NCBI RefSeq assembly: GCF_009914755.1
Contig: NC_060926.1
Source of the DNA: the human T2T-CHM13v2.0 reference genome, Homo sapiens
Strand: one strand, 5' to 3'
Length of the DNA stretch: 64,000 nt
Below, in pieces: positions 1-12,536 of the stretch (within the stretch, counting starts at the first letter, position 1; each line of letters opens with the position of its first letter). The notes beneath the pieces were generated by a model. It searched no databases, was not told the DNA's origin, and was given only the letters and a program-made list of their open reading frames with translations. A program made the translations under genes and the position numbers.

Positions 1-51
1 TTAAGATTCGATCTATATTTAAATGGGGTTCTGAAAGTTGTTTTACTTTAC

Positions 52-240
52 CTTCCAGACTCAGGTTGGCTGTGCTTGATACTTGGCCTACAGCATTATT
101 AGCAACAAACGTGTAAGTTCCTTCATCTTCTGGATAAGCTTCGGCAATTTCCAGTTGATAAGTGTCTTCAAATTGAGTCATTCTAAAGAACCGAGATGGC
201 TTGATTTTCTTGTCTTTGCTGTACCACGACACTTTTAGAT
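52..240 (-). CDS. TTN: TTN exon 44 (C-terminal part of Ig I15)
   Basis: CAG acceptor 243-241, GTAAAG donor; 189 nt, DLKVSWYSKDKKIKPSRFF...EDEGTYTFVANNAVGQVSSTANLSLE. Confidence 0.95.
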
Positions 241-1317
241 CTGCGACACAAAAGAAAAGAGATACTTCAACCACAAAAACGAGTGGATTTTTACAATTTA
301 CCTGCAAACACAATGTTAATAATACTAGTGCCTACATTTCATATTTGACTTAATAACATGATACTTTTCTCTGGGCATGCCATATCTACTATTGTTAAAT
401 GATTTCCTTTCATCTTCAAGAAGGAAATGTAATGATAGAAAAATATAGCTTGTCCTAAGGTTGAACTGGTTGTAATGTTTAAAATGATAGAACTTCAGTT
501 ACATTCTCTTTAGACATTTGCATGTCATGCAGTGGAAGCAGAGACAAGATTTTGACATATTCAGTGACTTTGAGAAAAAGACAGTCCTAAGAAGAGTCAT
601 CAGGAAAGGTTTGATCTGGGCTTGTAGTTGCCTTCTGGGACAGGAAATGAGAAAAATCTCCACTTTTGGTTTGCAGAAAAATCAATCAAAAAGAGAGCTG
701 AGAAGATCAAGATATGAAAAGTCTAAAATAGATACCTTTGAAGGCTGTAGAAAAAAAATCTCTATCTTTGTTACTAATGAGCAAAAGGTTTCAGTACGCA
801 GTATATATGGCACAAATAATTGTAGAGAAAATAATTTTTTAAATAAAGAGGGTGATTTATTATGGTATTTGAGCATCTTAGATACATTTGACTCTTTTCA
901 GAGTGGCAGTTATAAGACATTATAATAAAGCTAGCTATTTCTATATAAGGATTTGAACCATCTTAAAATAATAGAAAGTAAAAACCCAAATTACAGTAAA
1001 GTAGCAGGTTATTGTGTTGTAATAATTGTAGGTGATATGCACTTTAATTTTAGTTAACTGTTTGAATAGCCAAAATCAAAGCCATCTTGTTTTTGGAGCA
1101 CAGTCACTATACCACTTCTTGGTCTCAAAACCATCCAAGATGATCTTCTAATAGTCCAATCATCTAGCATTTGTCTGCATTTTAATGCCAATACTTGTCT
1201 ATAAAAGTTACTCTCCTGCCCATGATGGTAGATGTGTATAAATGGCAGGTTCTCCTCTTAGAGTAACAAATCTGTTCAGTTCCTTAGATAGTAAGGTAAA
1301 GTAGAAGATGAAATCCT

Positions 1318-1599
1318 GGCCAGGCGCGGTGCTTCACACCTGTAATCCCAGCACTTTGGGAGGCTGAGGCGGGCAGATCACGAGGTCAGGAGTTCGAGAA
1401 CAGCCTGACGAACGTGGTGAAACCTAGTCTCTCCTGAAAATACAAAAATTAGCCAGGTGTGGTGGCACACACCTATAATCCCAGCTATTCAGGAGGCTCA
1501 GGCAGGAGAATAGCTTGAACCCGGGAGGGGGAGGTTGCAGTGAGCCGAGATCTCCAGCCTGGTGACAGAGCAAGACTCCATCAAAATATATACATATAA
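1318..1599 (+). mobile_element. Alu (AluS-type), intron 43
   Basis: GGCCAGGCGCGGTG start, A-rich linker, small right-arm deletion; TSD-like agaagatgaaatcct / agaaaatgaaatctt. Confidence 0.95.
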
Positions 1600-1614
1600 A
1601 GAAAATGAAATCTT

Positions 1615-1795
1615 GACACTACAACTTGTCAGCTGTGTGGCCTTGGAAATGTCATTTAAGCTTTCTGGATTAGTCTTTTCATTTGTAAAATGGCATGCGT
1701 AATAATTTATGGGCTATTCGTTGCATATAATTGCTGTGAGAATTAAATGATATAACACACATGGAAGGGCTTTATAAGCCACTGGCACAAGTCAG
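1615..1795 (+). mobile_element. MIR-like SINE fragment
   Basis: agctgtgtggccttgg...catttgtaaaatgg...gtgagaattaaatga core. Confidence 0.6.
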
Positions 1796-1914
1796 TCATT
1801 ATAGCAAGAATATCTAACATCACAGATGGAAGCAACGTTGTCTTCAATAACACGCCAAAAGACAGTGCCATGTGATATAACATGAAACACCACCCCTATT
1901 TAGTTTGTGTGAAG

Positions 1915-1916
<2 letters not shown>

Positions 1917-1951
<35 letters not shown>
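1917..1951. repeat. (GT)n microsatellite
   Basis: About 17 uninterrupted GT units. Confidence 0.95.
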
Positions 1952-1953
<2 letters not shown>

Positions 1954-2249
1954 ATCATCAATGGTACATCCTCTTACAAGGTTCTCTGCTTATTTCTACT
2001 GACAGCTTCTTCCTTTGGTGAACTGAATGAGGCACCAGGATACACATGAACTGCCACTGGACATGAACTGCACACAATAAGTGAGTTAACAGGTAAAACT
2101 TTTCTTGGTAGTGGACTTGGTGCTTGTGGCTGTGATGCCATGATCTGCGTTACTCATTAGCCTCTCGTGTCTTCTTTGAGGCCATTCTTCTCCCATATTA
2201 CTACTTCTGCAATACCCCACTTGTCTCTCCTGACTGCCCTGGCTGAGGG

Positions 2250-2885
2250 CCTCATCCACGCTCTCCAGGCCTATTGTAATAATCTCTCTCCAGTTCCTGA
2301 CTGCCAGTCTTGCCTCCCACATCTGTCCATCCCTTCTTTCCCTATCACAGTATCACTTCTAAAAAGTAAACCTGATCATGGTACCCAGGGGCTTAAAAAT
2401 CCTGCAGTGTCTCCTAAATGTAAACAAGATCAATTCCAAAATCTTCAGCATAGAATACCAAAAACTTTAGCACGGCCTTTGCTGTATTATCCAGCCTTCT
2501 TACCCACTCATGATATCACTTTCCAACTGTACTTAAACCACTTGCTTCTAGCACATGAAGCATTATTGCAAGTTTTGATGACTTGGAGATGTTGTTTTCT
2601 CATCATAGGATGCCACTGTGTTCAATGATCCTACATATTTTTCAATGCTCAGTTCACACATCTTTCTCTGGCTCTCTCCCAGACAGAGAATGATGAGTAC
2701 GTGGGCCTGTTAATAGCACTTACAACCTTGGGATATAGTTGTGTGCATGCATCTCCTCACCTACATGTCAAGCTCCTTAAAGGCAAGAGCAAGATCTGCA
2801 CCCCAGCACCTAGGGTAATATCTCAATAGCAGGGAAACAATAAATGGTAGAATTAAAATTGCACAGATGCTTAAATGAATAACAG
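2250..2885 (+). mobile_element. L2-like LINE 3' fragment
   Basis: Degenerate L2 motifs (tgtcaagctccttaaaggcaag...cccagcacctag...aataaatg). Confidence 0.5.
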
Positions 2886-5243
2886 ACAATATCATTGCTA
2901 AACTAATTATTCATCATTTCTGTTTAGCTAGCTGTCACTCTGTAACCCTCCAAATGACACTGACTCATCATCTGTAGAATAAACAGCAAAAAAATAGCTT
3001 TTTTACATTTTAAGATTCTGCTTTTCCAAATTACTCCTCTACCAGTAGGTGGCACTGGAGACCTTCAATAGGTAACATTTTCGCTGTTAGAAACAGCACC
3101 TGGTTGCTCAGGGCCACGTTTCATGCTTCAGAAAGTATTGCAACCCCCAAGAACATGGGAGCTTCTGAAGACTCCCAATTTCTTTCCAATTTGTGGAAAG
3201 CAGGGCTACACTTACTTAAGGCAATACCTGGCCAGAGGAAGTTCTGTAAATATTTTTAGTCCCAGTGGTATGAAACTACGTGAGTTGGCAAGTTTTTGAA
3301 GGGTCATTCTATTTAATGAATTTAATTTCTTTCATATAGAAAACAAATTTATAAGAGGATGCTAAAACCACTATATGTGTACAGATATTACCACACATAG
3401 GAAGTTAATGATCTTCTCAGTTTACAAAGCCTATTCAAACCTTTTTAAAGACATTGGTTATGCAGAAAAGATAGTGAAATTTTTCTCTTTCTACCCCAAT
3501 TGGTGTCTTGTAGAGTGCTTCAGGTGTATTTCTACAACACTTTAAAGGCAATACTACCATATGTTAATATGTTATAGACTTAAAAGCACTATACCAATAT
3601 AGTTAAGACAAATATTACTACTTTGAATGATGTACATATATGTTTATATTAAAAAATTCCTCTAAAAATTAAATAAATGGATAAATTATTTAGTGTAGCT
3701 TTAGTGAACTTGCTTTTAAAATATATTTTGTATTATTGTGTTAGTAGGATATTATCAAATCAGTCCTCATTTATTAATATTTAGCATTTCTTGAACACTA
3801 TCCCTCAAATATACAGTCTATGGTATTTGTCCATACTGGCCATACAATACTAAACATTGATGTTTATATAATTCCTCTCTATGGCTATAATAAAATGAAT
3901 GTATTGAGCCCCAGTTACCTGGCAGCCATGCCTATAGGTGCTTTACATACATTATATCTTTTAATTATGCTCATAAAATCAAATAGGTCTATTAGATTTC
4001 TAGATCACCATCTCCATTCCTGAGGAGGAAATAATTGGGTCAGAAGACCAACTGAAGTACTAACCTGTTGAGAAAAATAAATCTTGACAAGGTAGAGATT
4101 GGATTATAAACTAATGGGAGAAGCATAATAAACAAAACAATACAACTTTGCAATTACTTTTGCATCAGCCTAATAAGAGGGCTGGGAGATGCCCAAGCTT
4201 TGAGAGTTTCCCTTTGGCTGGGAAACTCTCAAATAATTGTGATTATAGACAATCAGTTATGACTTGAAGTGGTTCCACATATATTGTCTCATTCTACCAA
4301 GATCAGATTCCTGGGATGAGGAAATTGGCTGGTGGTACTTGAGAAGCATGCCCCAATTAAAAATGGTAGCAGCTAACTCTGATTGATTACTGTATGATGA
4401 GCACTGTGCTATGTGCTGACTTGAGTTACCTAACTTAATCTTGATAATAATCTTAAGTGTTTGGTAACAGTCATTTAACCATCATTAATTAGTCCAGTCA
4501 ACAATTACTTATGGAGTATCTACTATGTATCAGGTGATATTCTGGGGCAACCATCCACTCTTGTTTTCATAGAGCTTACCTTCTAGCAGGTACTATTTTT
4601 CAGATGCCAAATTCTAGGCACTAAAACGGAATTCCTAGCCTCATAAAATATATTTTCTAGGATTGAATGCAATCACATACTCAATGTATTCATGACAGAA
4701 AGAGAACTAGAGACATGATATATATTGAAGGCAAGATTCAAATTCAGCATCTTTGACAATGAAGCCCCGACTTTTGACCACTATAGGATATTGTCTTCCA
4801 AAGGATACCTTTCACACAAGCATTGTCCATAGACTGAATAATGTCTTATATAAATGTATTATTCTTTTGAATTATATGTAGATGCTATTATAATCTAATA
4901 ATTTTAGTTTTGTCATTGTATTTTATCAATGAAGAAATTAAAGTGCAGCTACAATCATAAAGGGAACATGACCTTTTTTAATATTAGTGAAAAACACTAA
5001 TTTTTTTTATTGTGATAAACAACACATAACATAACATAAACAACCATTATTAAGGGCACAAAATAGTGAAAAACACTTATCTAATTCTTAATTTAATAAT
5101 TGAAATAAGTTTTCTGTTAGATTTCCATTAAGCTTCAAATTATGCATGAGAGATGTTTGTGATGGAGGAGAAGCTGACAGAATGTTTTTCCCATGTAATT
5201 ATTTGTAAGTATTGGCAATGACACCTTTTGTTCTTAAACCTAC

Positions 5244-5369
5244 CTGTTCCAGAAACCCGGCATTGAAAACGGGCTGGCTGCCCTTCAGAAGTGACAGTGT
5301 CCTGAAGCGGGGTGATGATGGCAGGTGGATAAACAGGCATTTCCTGATCAGGAGACACAACTTCTGGAA
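5244..5369 (-). CDS. TTN: TTN exon 43 (linker and start of I15)
   Basis: TAG acceptor, GTAGGT donor; 126 nt; PEVVSPDQEMPVYPPAIITPLQ... Confidence 0.95.
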
Positions 5370-5593
5370 CTAAAGAAAGAAACCACAAGATTTGTCATGA
5401 TTAAGTCACCATAGAGACCTCACAGAAGGGAGCATGTAGGTTTATCTTAATTTATTTCACTGCAGAGTGCTTTCAAAGTTGGGTAGCAATCTACTTTTAT
5501 GAGCTCCAAATTGTATTTTTAAATGCACTGGGAAAGGACAAAAGCCTGCTTCTTAGGTTTTATTTTCAGCTGGAAGTAGCGAGGCATTCCTAC

Positions 5594-5878
5594 CTTCCAC
5601 TGAGAGTGAAGCTGATGTTGTGGCAACACCATAGTCATTCTTGGCTTCACAGGTATAGACTGCCGCATCCTCTGGGAAGGCTTCAATTAGCAAAAGCGTG
5701 TACTCTTGCCCATCATGAAGAAATTTGCACTTGAAGCCAGTGGAAAGCAGCTGCTCTTCCTTGTACCAGGAAATTTTGGGCTGTGGTCTTCCGGATATCA
5801 TGGCACAGAAGCGGGCAGGCTTGCCAGACTGCACAGTGACAGGCTGGAGCTCCTGCAGAACTTGGGGCGGTTCAGGAG
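5594..5878 (-). CDS. TTN: TTN exon 42 (Ig I14)
   Basis: TAG acceptor, GTAGGA donor; 285 nt I-set Ig ([13 protein letters not shown]...SASLSVE). Confidence 0.96.
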
Positions 5879-7447
5879 CTAGGAGTAAATGTTGACAAAT
5901 AGCCCATGAAAAAGTGTAAAAACACAAGAGAGCATGCAAAACTCTACATTAATTTGTTGCTGGCTAGTTATACATCCAGAGACAAAATTTTGGAATTGTG
6001 GTATTTTTACTTGCCTCAGAATATTAGAACATTCTTTGTGCTAAGAATGAAGAAAGCACTTGGAATTTGTCCACATGCAGAGGGAATAGCTTCAGAAAGA
6101 TATTTTTGATATTTGGGGGGCATGCTGAGAGTGCCGAGTTAACCTGATTATCCCAGTTTCTGTTTGTGGTGGGGGCTTAGCGATGGACACCTGAATGAAT
6201 TATACAATAACTTCCGTGTGCTACCTATTTTTAAAATTCATTTGGACAAATCATGTGGTGAAGAGGCTCATATCATTCCAGTTTGTTTGTTTTGCAAGTA
6301 TTTGTGTTTATGTCATAGTCATTTTGTTATGTACCAGTGCCAGTAAAATGCAATCAGTAAGTATTGAATGAATGACTGAATTAACACTATTTCAGATCTA
6401 GTTAAATGCCATTAGGTAGACTTAACAAATTCAGCTTTCCTGTTTTGCTAACTAAAGCATATTCTCAGTGCTGTGATGAGTGAGGGGACCTGGTTAGTTC
6501 ATGGAACCCAGAAATTAGAAGAAATGACTTCTGTGAGGCTGGTTTCTGACACTATCATAGAAAAGATCTTTACTTTTCTGTGCCTCAGTTTCTCCACTAC
6601 TAATACAGAGATAATAAGAACTGGATGCCATGACCATTTGGTCTTCTAGGAACCTAGGGAATGCTGGCGATATGGTTCATCTTTGTGAATCTTGAGATTA
6701 CCCCTGGAGTTCCTGCATCTGCCTCAGGGGTATTTTATTCAAAGAGATATGGCCTAGGATGAGAATAGGAAGGGAGGTTCCATTTTTCTCTTGCATCTAG
6801 GTTAGACTCAAAACAAGGTCAGCTTGAGATTCAGCCTTAAGATTTCTAATGAGGAGAGCAGAGGTTTAACAGCACTTCCCTGGGGACTGCTCAGAGGCTC
6901 CTCAGGAGTGCTTGGTAGCATGTGGAATTCCCTGTCCAAAGTAAGAGCCCCTGTTCTTAGAGCTTGGGGTAGAGAGGATCGAGTTCCACATTGCCTGAGG
7001 CTCTCTAGGCCTTCCAGGGTCTCAAAGAGGACTTTTGAGTTCTCCCAGGCACTCCATATCAGAGGCTGGAAACACCCCTTTCACTTGGTAGTGCTGCTAG
7101 GACTTGAGCAGTTCAGGCAGAGGGCAGAGAACTAAAATAGTTTAACAGCGAATCTAGAAGCTCATCTGGGGTATATGAAAATGGACACCCAATGGGTGTT
7201 CAATAGTTTTGAGCAACCAGATGAGGATCTGGCCATCAGGTGCTTTCTGAAAATAACTTCTCAATAGGTCTTTTAACAGCTGCCCTCCCTTTTCCATAGA
7301 TATAATGTGAAAAAAAATGTAGCTGGAACCACATGAATACCATAGGTTCTTTAGAAATTTCCTTCAAGTTACAAGAATTTAGTGACTTAAACAGGAGGAT
7401 TATTTCTGATGGATCCACAAAATATGCTGAAATCTGTCCCTACATAC

Positions 7448-7679
7448 CATTGACATAGAGAGTGACAGAACTCCTGTTCCTTCCTGCCACAAAGGTGTAT
7501 TCTCCTGCATCGCTCTGTCTGGTCTCAGAGATAAACATTCGGTGGATTCTTCTTTCCACTACATATTTGTGTCGTTCTTGAACTTGGAAATTGATTTCAA
7601 TGCCATCTTTATACCAGTGGGCATCAACATCGTCTTCATTGACCTCAAATTCAACAACAGCACGCTGTTTCTCAATGAC
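7448..7679 (-). CDS. TTN: TTN exon 41 (Ig I13)
   Basis: CAG acceptor, GTATGT donor; 232 nt; VIEKQRAVVEFEV...SSVTLYVN. Confidence 0.95.
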
Positions 7680-8825
7680 CTGTTGATGGAACAACATAAA
7701 AAAACAACAACAACAACAAAAACTTGAAGCTCTGGTTTCCTCCCAGTTAATCAATTTCTAAAACTGGTCAATGAATGGCATGTGAAACCAATATATTATA
7801 ATGTAATAAGTTGGCTGATTATAGCACTCTCTAATTTTTCCTGCCTAGTATTGGACAAATGGTACATAAACTTCTCTTGTAGAGAATTGTGTTTACAGCT
7901 GCATGGAGGAAAGGAGCTGCCCCAAAGAGACAATTATTTCATCCTTAAATGTTTGCTTCTTATTTACTAATAAGGGATATAATGATGCTTTACCTTTGGG
8001 GGCTTTTTATTGTCTAAAAAGTTATTACTTAATTTGATTTCATTTTATATGAATAATAACTTTGTGGGCTAGGTAGGAATTATTATCCTCATTTTAAGAG
8101 TGAGAACACTGAGGTTCAGAATTGGCAAATAAATGATGGAAGACATCTCCAGGTTATCTGAGTCCTCATTGAAGCCTTTTTCATTATAGTCCACAGTCTG
8201 TAAAGCCTGGTTTTCTTTGGATGAGCAATATGATAAAGCTGAACTCAACTGGTATTTCTCTAGACATGTTTCCTCCATTATATCATTTGGGATGGTGGAC
8301 ACTTATGAGGACAAGCTCTGTAAATGCAGCCGACAGCAAGAGTGCCCAGCATCCTTGCCAGGAACCCAGCACGGCTTGGACAGGGCTTTCTCTTAGACTT
8401 CACAGAAAGTATTTCTAGCCACTAAGTTCCTTGACACTTGCCTCTCCACAGATAGAAACCTTCTGAGAAAATGTCACCTTGTTCTAAATTTCCTTAATTC
8501 TAATTGATGTGTGAACCTCACGATTTACATTTTAATTCTTTTCTGGTTGGTGCTGCTTGGCAAGCAGCCATTTATTAGACAGTGAAATTTCTACAGCTGC
8601 TTTAATTAACGTATTTAGACAGCTGCTAGGGACACCCTTATTCCCTGAGTGGAAACTGTGACTAAATTGAGGTCAGCATAAGAGAGTCTAAGCCAAGTAA
8701 GAATGAGCTGATTTAATTCTTTAAAGGATGGTGGTTAGAAAATGTAAAAGGGAAACATTAAAATATAAAATGATAGATTATGGACTACTGATGATTTTTC
8801 AAAACATTTAGTATGTAGACAATAC

Positions 8826-8991
8826 CTGAACCTCCTTTTTAATACTTCGGATGCGAACATCTCTGCCTTCTACAAAGAGTTTTGCAGTTGACACGTTGCC
8901 TCCTGCCACCACTGTGTACTTCCCAGCATCAGACATCCGGGTGGATGGGATCAGAAGGCGGTGGACATATTTCTCCTTCTGAATCTTTATT
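8826..8991 (-). CDS. TTN: TTN exon 40 (end of I12, start of I13)
   Basis: TAG acceptor, GTATTG donor; 166 nt. Confidence 0.95.
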
Positions 8992-9080
8992 CTATGGATG
9001 AAATGGAAATTCGAGTTTACCGTATGGTGATTCAGAGGAAACTGGGAATCACTGGAATGTAGCAAGACAAAACAACTGAC

Positions 9081-9222
9081 CTGTCTGTGATCTGCAGTTC
9101 CTGGTCATCTTTCATCCACTGTACAGTGATGTCAGGTTCAGAAACTTCACATTCAAACATGGCTCGCTTCTTCTCCAGTACCTTAATGTCCTTAATGTGT
9201 TTCCTAAATTCTATATGACGAG
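9081..9222 (-). CDS. TTN: TTN exon 39 (start of Ig I12)
   Basis: CAG acceptor, GTCAGT donor; 142 nt; RHIEFRKHIKDIKVLE... Confidence 0.95.
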
Positions 9223-9250
9223 CTGGAAAATAGCATGTAGAAAAATTAAC

Positions 9251-9680
9251 ATTTTTAACAGCTTTATTGAGATATAATTCACATACTGTACAATCCACCA
9301 ATTTAAAGTATACAATTCAATGAATTTCCATGTATTCATCATTGTGTAGCCATCACCATAATTTTAGAACATTCTCATTCCCCAAGAAGAAATCATGTAA
9401 CCCTTAGCCATCACCCCAAGGACTTTTCTATTGTCTCCCCTGTAGACCTAAGCAACCACCAATCTACATCTCTATAGATTTGTGTATCTTGGACATTTCA
9501 TATAAATGGAATCATACAATATGTGGTCTTTGTATGGTCTCTGGCTTCTTTCACTTAGCATAAAGTTTTAAAGGTTCATCCATGTTGTAGCATATCGTAG
9601 TGCTTCCTTTTTATTGCTGAATGATATCCCATCGTATTGCTATCCCACATTTTATTTATCCATTCATTAATTGATACACT
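9251..9680 (-). mobile_element. Old L1M 3' end fragment
   Basis: tttaacagctttattgagatataattcacatac...ctggcttctttcacttagcata. Confidence 0.8.
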
Positions 9681-9739
9681 AAATTTTATAAAGCATGTAT
9701 GACATTTTTTCTATGGATCTAATATGTATGAAACCATAC

Positions 9740-10000
9740 CTTCCACATAAAGTGTGGCTGTTGATGTTGCTTTTCCAGCCACAAAGGTGTAGTCAGCAGC
9801 ATCCCCAAAGTGAACATTCCTGATGTTCAGTGAGTGTGTGAGCTTTTTGGTTCTCATCTGGCACTTGTCAGTTGATTTGATTTCCACACCATTCTTTAAC
9901 CATTTGTAAGAGATGCCTTCATAGTTCACTGTCACCTCAAAAGTAATAGTGTCTTTTTCTTCAGCGTTGATGTCTTTCAGCATGGAAGTAATCATGATTG
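9740..10000 (-). CDS. TTN: TTN exon 38 (Ig I11)
   Basis: CAG acceptor, GTATGG donor; 261 nt, phase 1-1. Confidence 0.96.
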
Positions 10001-10319
10001 CTGCAAAGGAGAAAAGAAAAAACACCCAAGGAGACTTTACGTAAATATGATGTGGGTTATAACAGGTGCAGAATAAAAATTTGGAATGTTTTTAGTGCGT
10101 CTGTTGAGGAGATTACAGTTTAGAGATATAAGCTTTGATACCTTCCATGTACTATACAGGACAGTGCCAACTCACAGAGGAACAGAAAGATCAAGTGATA
10201 GACACTGAGGCATCTTTCCAGGTAGCCTTTCAATGCTACTCTAACTGGAACATTTTATCCAGGTGGAGATACTAGTGCTTTACTCAGTGTAACCACATAC
10301 TAGATGTTTCAATTAACAA

Positions 10320-10625
10320 TTTTTTTTCTTTATTTTTTGAGGCAGGTTCTCACTTTGTCGCCCAGGCTGCAGTGCAGTGCCGTGATTGTGGCTCACTGCA
10401 GCCTTGGCCTTCTGGGCCCAAGCGATCTTCCCACCTCAGCCTCCTGAGTAGCTGGGACTACAAGTGTGTGCCACCATGCCCAGCTAATTTTTTTTTTTCC
10501 TTTTGTCTTTGCTAGAGGCAGGATCTCATTGTATTTCCCAGCCTGGTCTCAAAATCTTGATCTCAAGTGATTCTCCTGCCTTGGCCTCCCAAAGTGCTGG
10601 GATTACAGGCTTGAGCCACCCTGCC
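10320..10625 (-). mobile_element. Alu (diverged, AluJ-like), intron 37
   Basis: Poly-T, cccaggctgcagtgcagt, cccaaagtgctgggattacagg. Confidence 0.95.
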
Positions 10626-10743
10626 CACCCAATCAAGGATTTTTGAGTGGTCAGCAAAGTGTAGGATATAGAATATCAATGAATCTACTGAATATTTGAT
10701 ATTTTATATATATGTGTATATATATATATATTTTTTAACTTAC

Positions 10744-11004
10744 GGGTGACTGTCAGGGTGGCACTGACTTGGTCATTGCCACAGACAAATGTGTATTCTG
10801 CCGAGTCCTCTGTGCTGGTGTTCATGATGATCAGCTGATGGAGTTTTCCCTGCACAACTATCTTGAACTTTTCACTCATCTCAATTTCCACACCATTCTT
10901 CAGCCACATGGAAGGGACATTGAAGTGGGACACCTCACACTCAAAAGAGGCAGTTTTGGTCTCAGGCACCTCGATATTTTTCATGGTTTTTGTAATATGT
11001 AATG
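10744..11004 (-). CDS. TTN: TTN exon 37 (Ig I10)
   Basis: AAG acceptor, GTAAGT donor; 261 nt. Confidence 0.94.
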
Positions 11005-11124
11005 CTTGGTAAAATCAAAGAGCACTTCAGTTAATACAATTTGTTTAAAAAGTAGATGAAACCAAACAAATAGATACATGGGGTTCATTAAGGAAAGGGC
11101 TGTAGGGGGCTGCCTGATACTTAC

Positions 11125-11385
11125 TCTCCACAAACAGTTTTGCTTTGCATTCCAATTGCCCGACCACAGCTGTGTATTCCCCAGCATCTGAGGGGGAGAT
11201 GTTCTGCAGCATCAGCTTGTGGACTTTCCTTTCTGAGACCAGTCTGTGTTTGTCACTTGGCTTAATTTCCACACTCTTATGGAACCATTTTACTGGAACA
11301 GTGTCATGGGAAACACTAACTTCAAAGGCAACAGTGGCATTTTCCAAGGCTGTCACATCCTTTGGCTTTTTAATGATCTTGACAG
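11125..11385 (-). CDS. TTN: TTN exon 36 (Ig I9)
   Basis: TAG acceptor, GTAAGT donor; 261 nt. Confidence 0.96.
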
Positions 11386-11476
11386 CTAAGAGGAAAATTG
11401 GAGCAATTCAGTGATAGGGTTAACTTAATGGTAACCATGGGCTGACTGCTTGAAAAGTGTTTCTAAATCAACTTAC

Positions 11477-11740
11477 TCTCCACGTGCAGTCTGGCACTGG
11501 CTCCAAGCCTTCCAAGCCTGAAGCCATAAACAGACTCATCCACGATGGCACAGTTTTTAATCCTCAGAGAGTAAATTGTTCCTTTGACAGAGATAGCATA
11601 CTTTTCATTGGATTCCAGCACAACTCCATTTTTGATCCACTGGACACCTTTGACATTAGGGTGTGTAAGCTCGACAGTGAAAACAGCATCCTGTGTTTCT
11701 GTCACTGTGAGGTTCTTCAGAGTCTTCTTAATTTTGACAG
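11477..11740 (-). CDS. TTN: TTN exon 35 (Ig I8)
   Basis: TAG acceptor, GTAAGT donor; 264 nt. Confidence 0.96.
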
Positions 11741-12275
11741 CTAAAGACAAATTTATGATTGGGTTAGAAAATATAGATGACATCATCAAGGAAAAGAAGT
11801 CCTGAACAAGATCATTGCTTACTCACCCTGCAAAAGAATGGCTACCAAACATTTTACAGTTATGCAGCACCTCTGTTTTAAAAAACACCTGAGATTATTT
11901 AGGGGAACCTGGGATCCAACTGGACATGTACATCGTGAAATGATTTTTCTATGCTTTAGTAGTATGAAGTTTGCATAGCTATGTATTAGCAGCATAATAG
12001 ACTGATTGGAGAAGGGTGAAAGACGAATGGAGAATCAGTGTCTGATTTAGCTGTTTCACAGAGCTTTAACCTAAGAAATGGCTTTTTTGCATAAACGCAT
12101 TTGATAAGCAATTTTGTACCTTGTGGTATGTGTCTCAGGAAGGTTTAGAGGATCTAGAATGACTTTATGAAATGAAAATTTATGGTATCCAAAATGGCCA
12201 TATCGTTTGTCTTTTAAAATGATAACGATCAAGATTGTAATATGATTTGAAAAGGACAAATCCTATGTTACTTGC

Positions 12276-12536
12276 CTTCAACTTTGAGTTTGGCAGATGT
12301 TTTGGAGGTGGCCACCTTGTAGGTATATTCTCCAATGTCATCTAATTTGGTGGCAGCAATGATAAGTCTCCTTTTGTGGCCATCAGACTCACTTCTGATG
12401 TTGTTAGTCAGTGGTAGGTGTTTGCCATCCCTCAACCATTCGCCTTTGGAATCTGGGTTGGCAACTTCACATTCAAACACAGCTTCCTGGGATTCAGCTA
12501 CGGTCTGATCTGTGAGTGGCTTGGAGATGGCCCCAC
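12276..12536 (-). CDS. TTN: TTN exon 34 (Ig I7), non-canonical GC donor
   Basis: AAG acceptor; frame kept only with AAG|GCAAGT donor; 261 nt. Confidence 0.93.

Noticed and set aside
518-2628. ORFs of 135 aa and 153 aa on the plus strand in intron 43
   Set aside because: They overlap degenerate repeat-like sequence, use non-ATG starts and show no domain similarity
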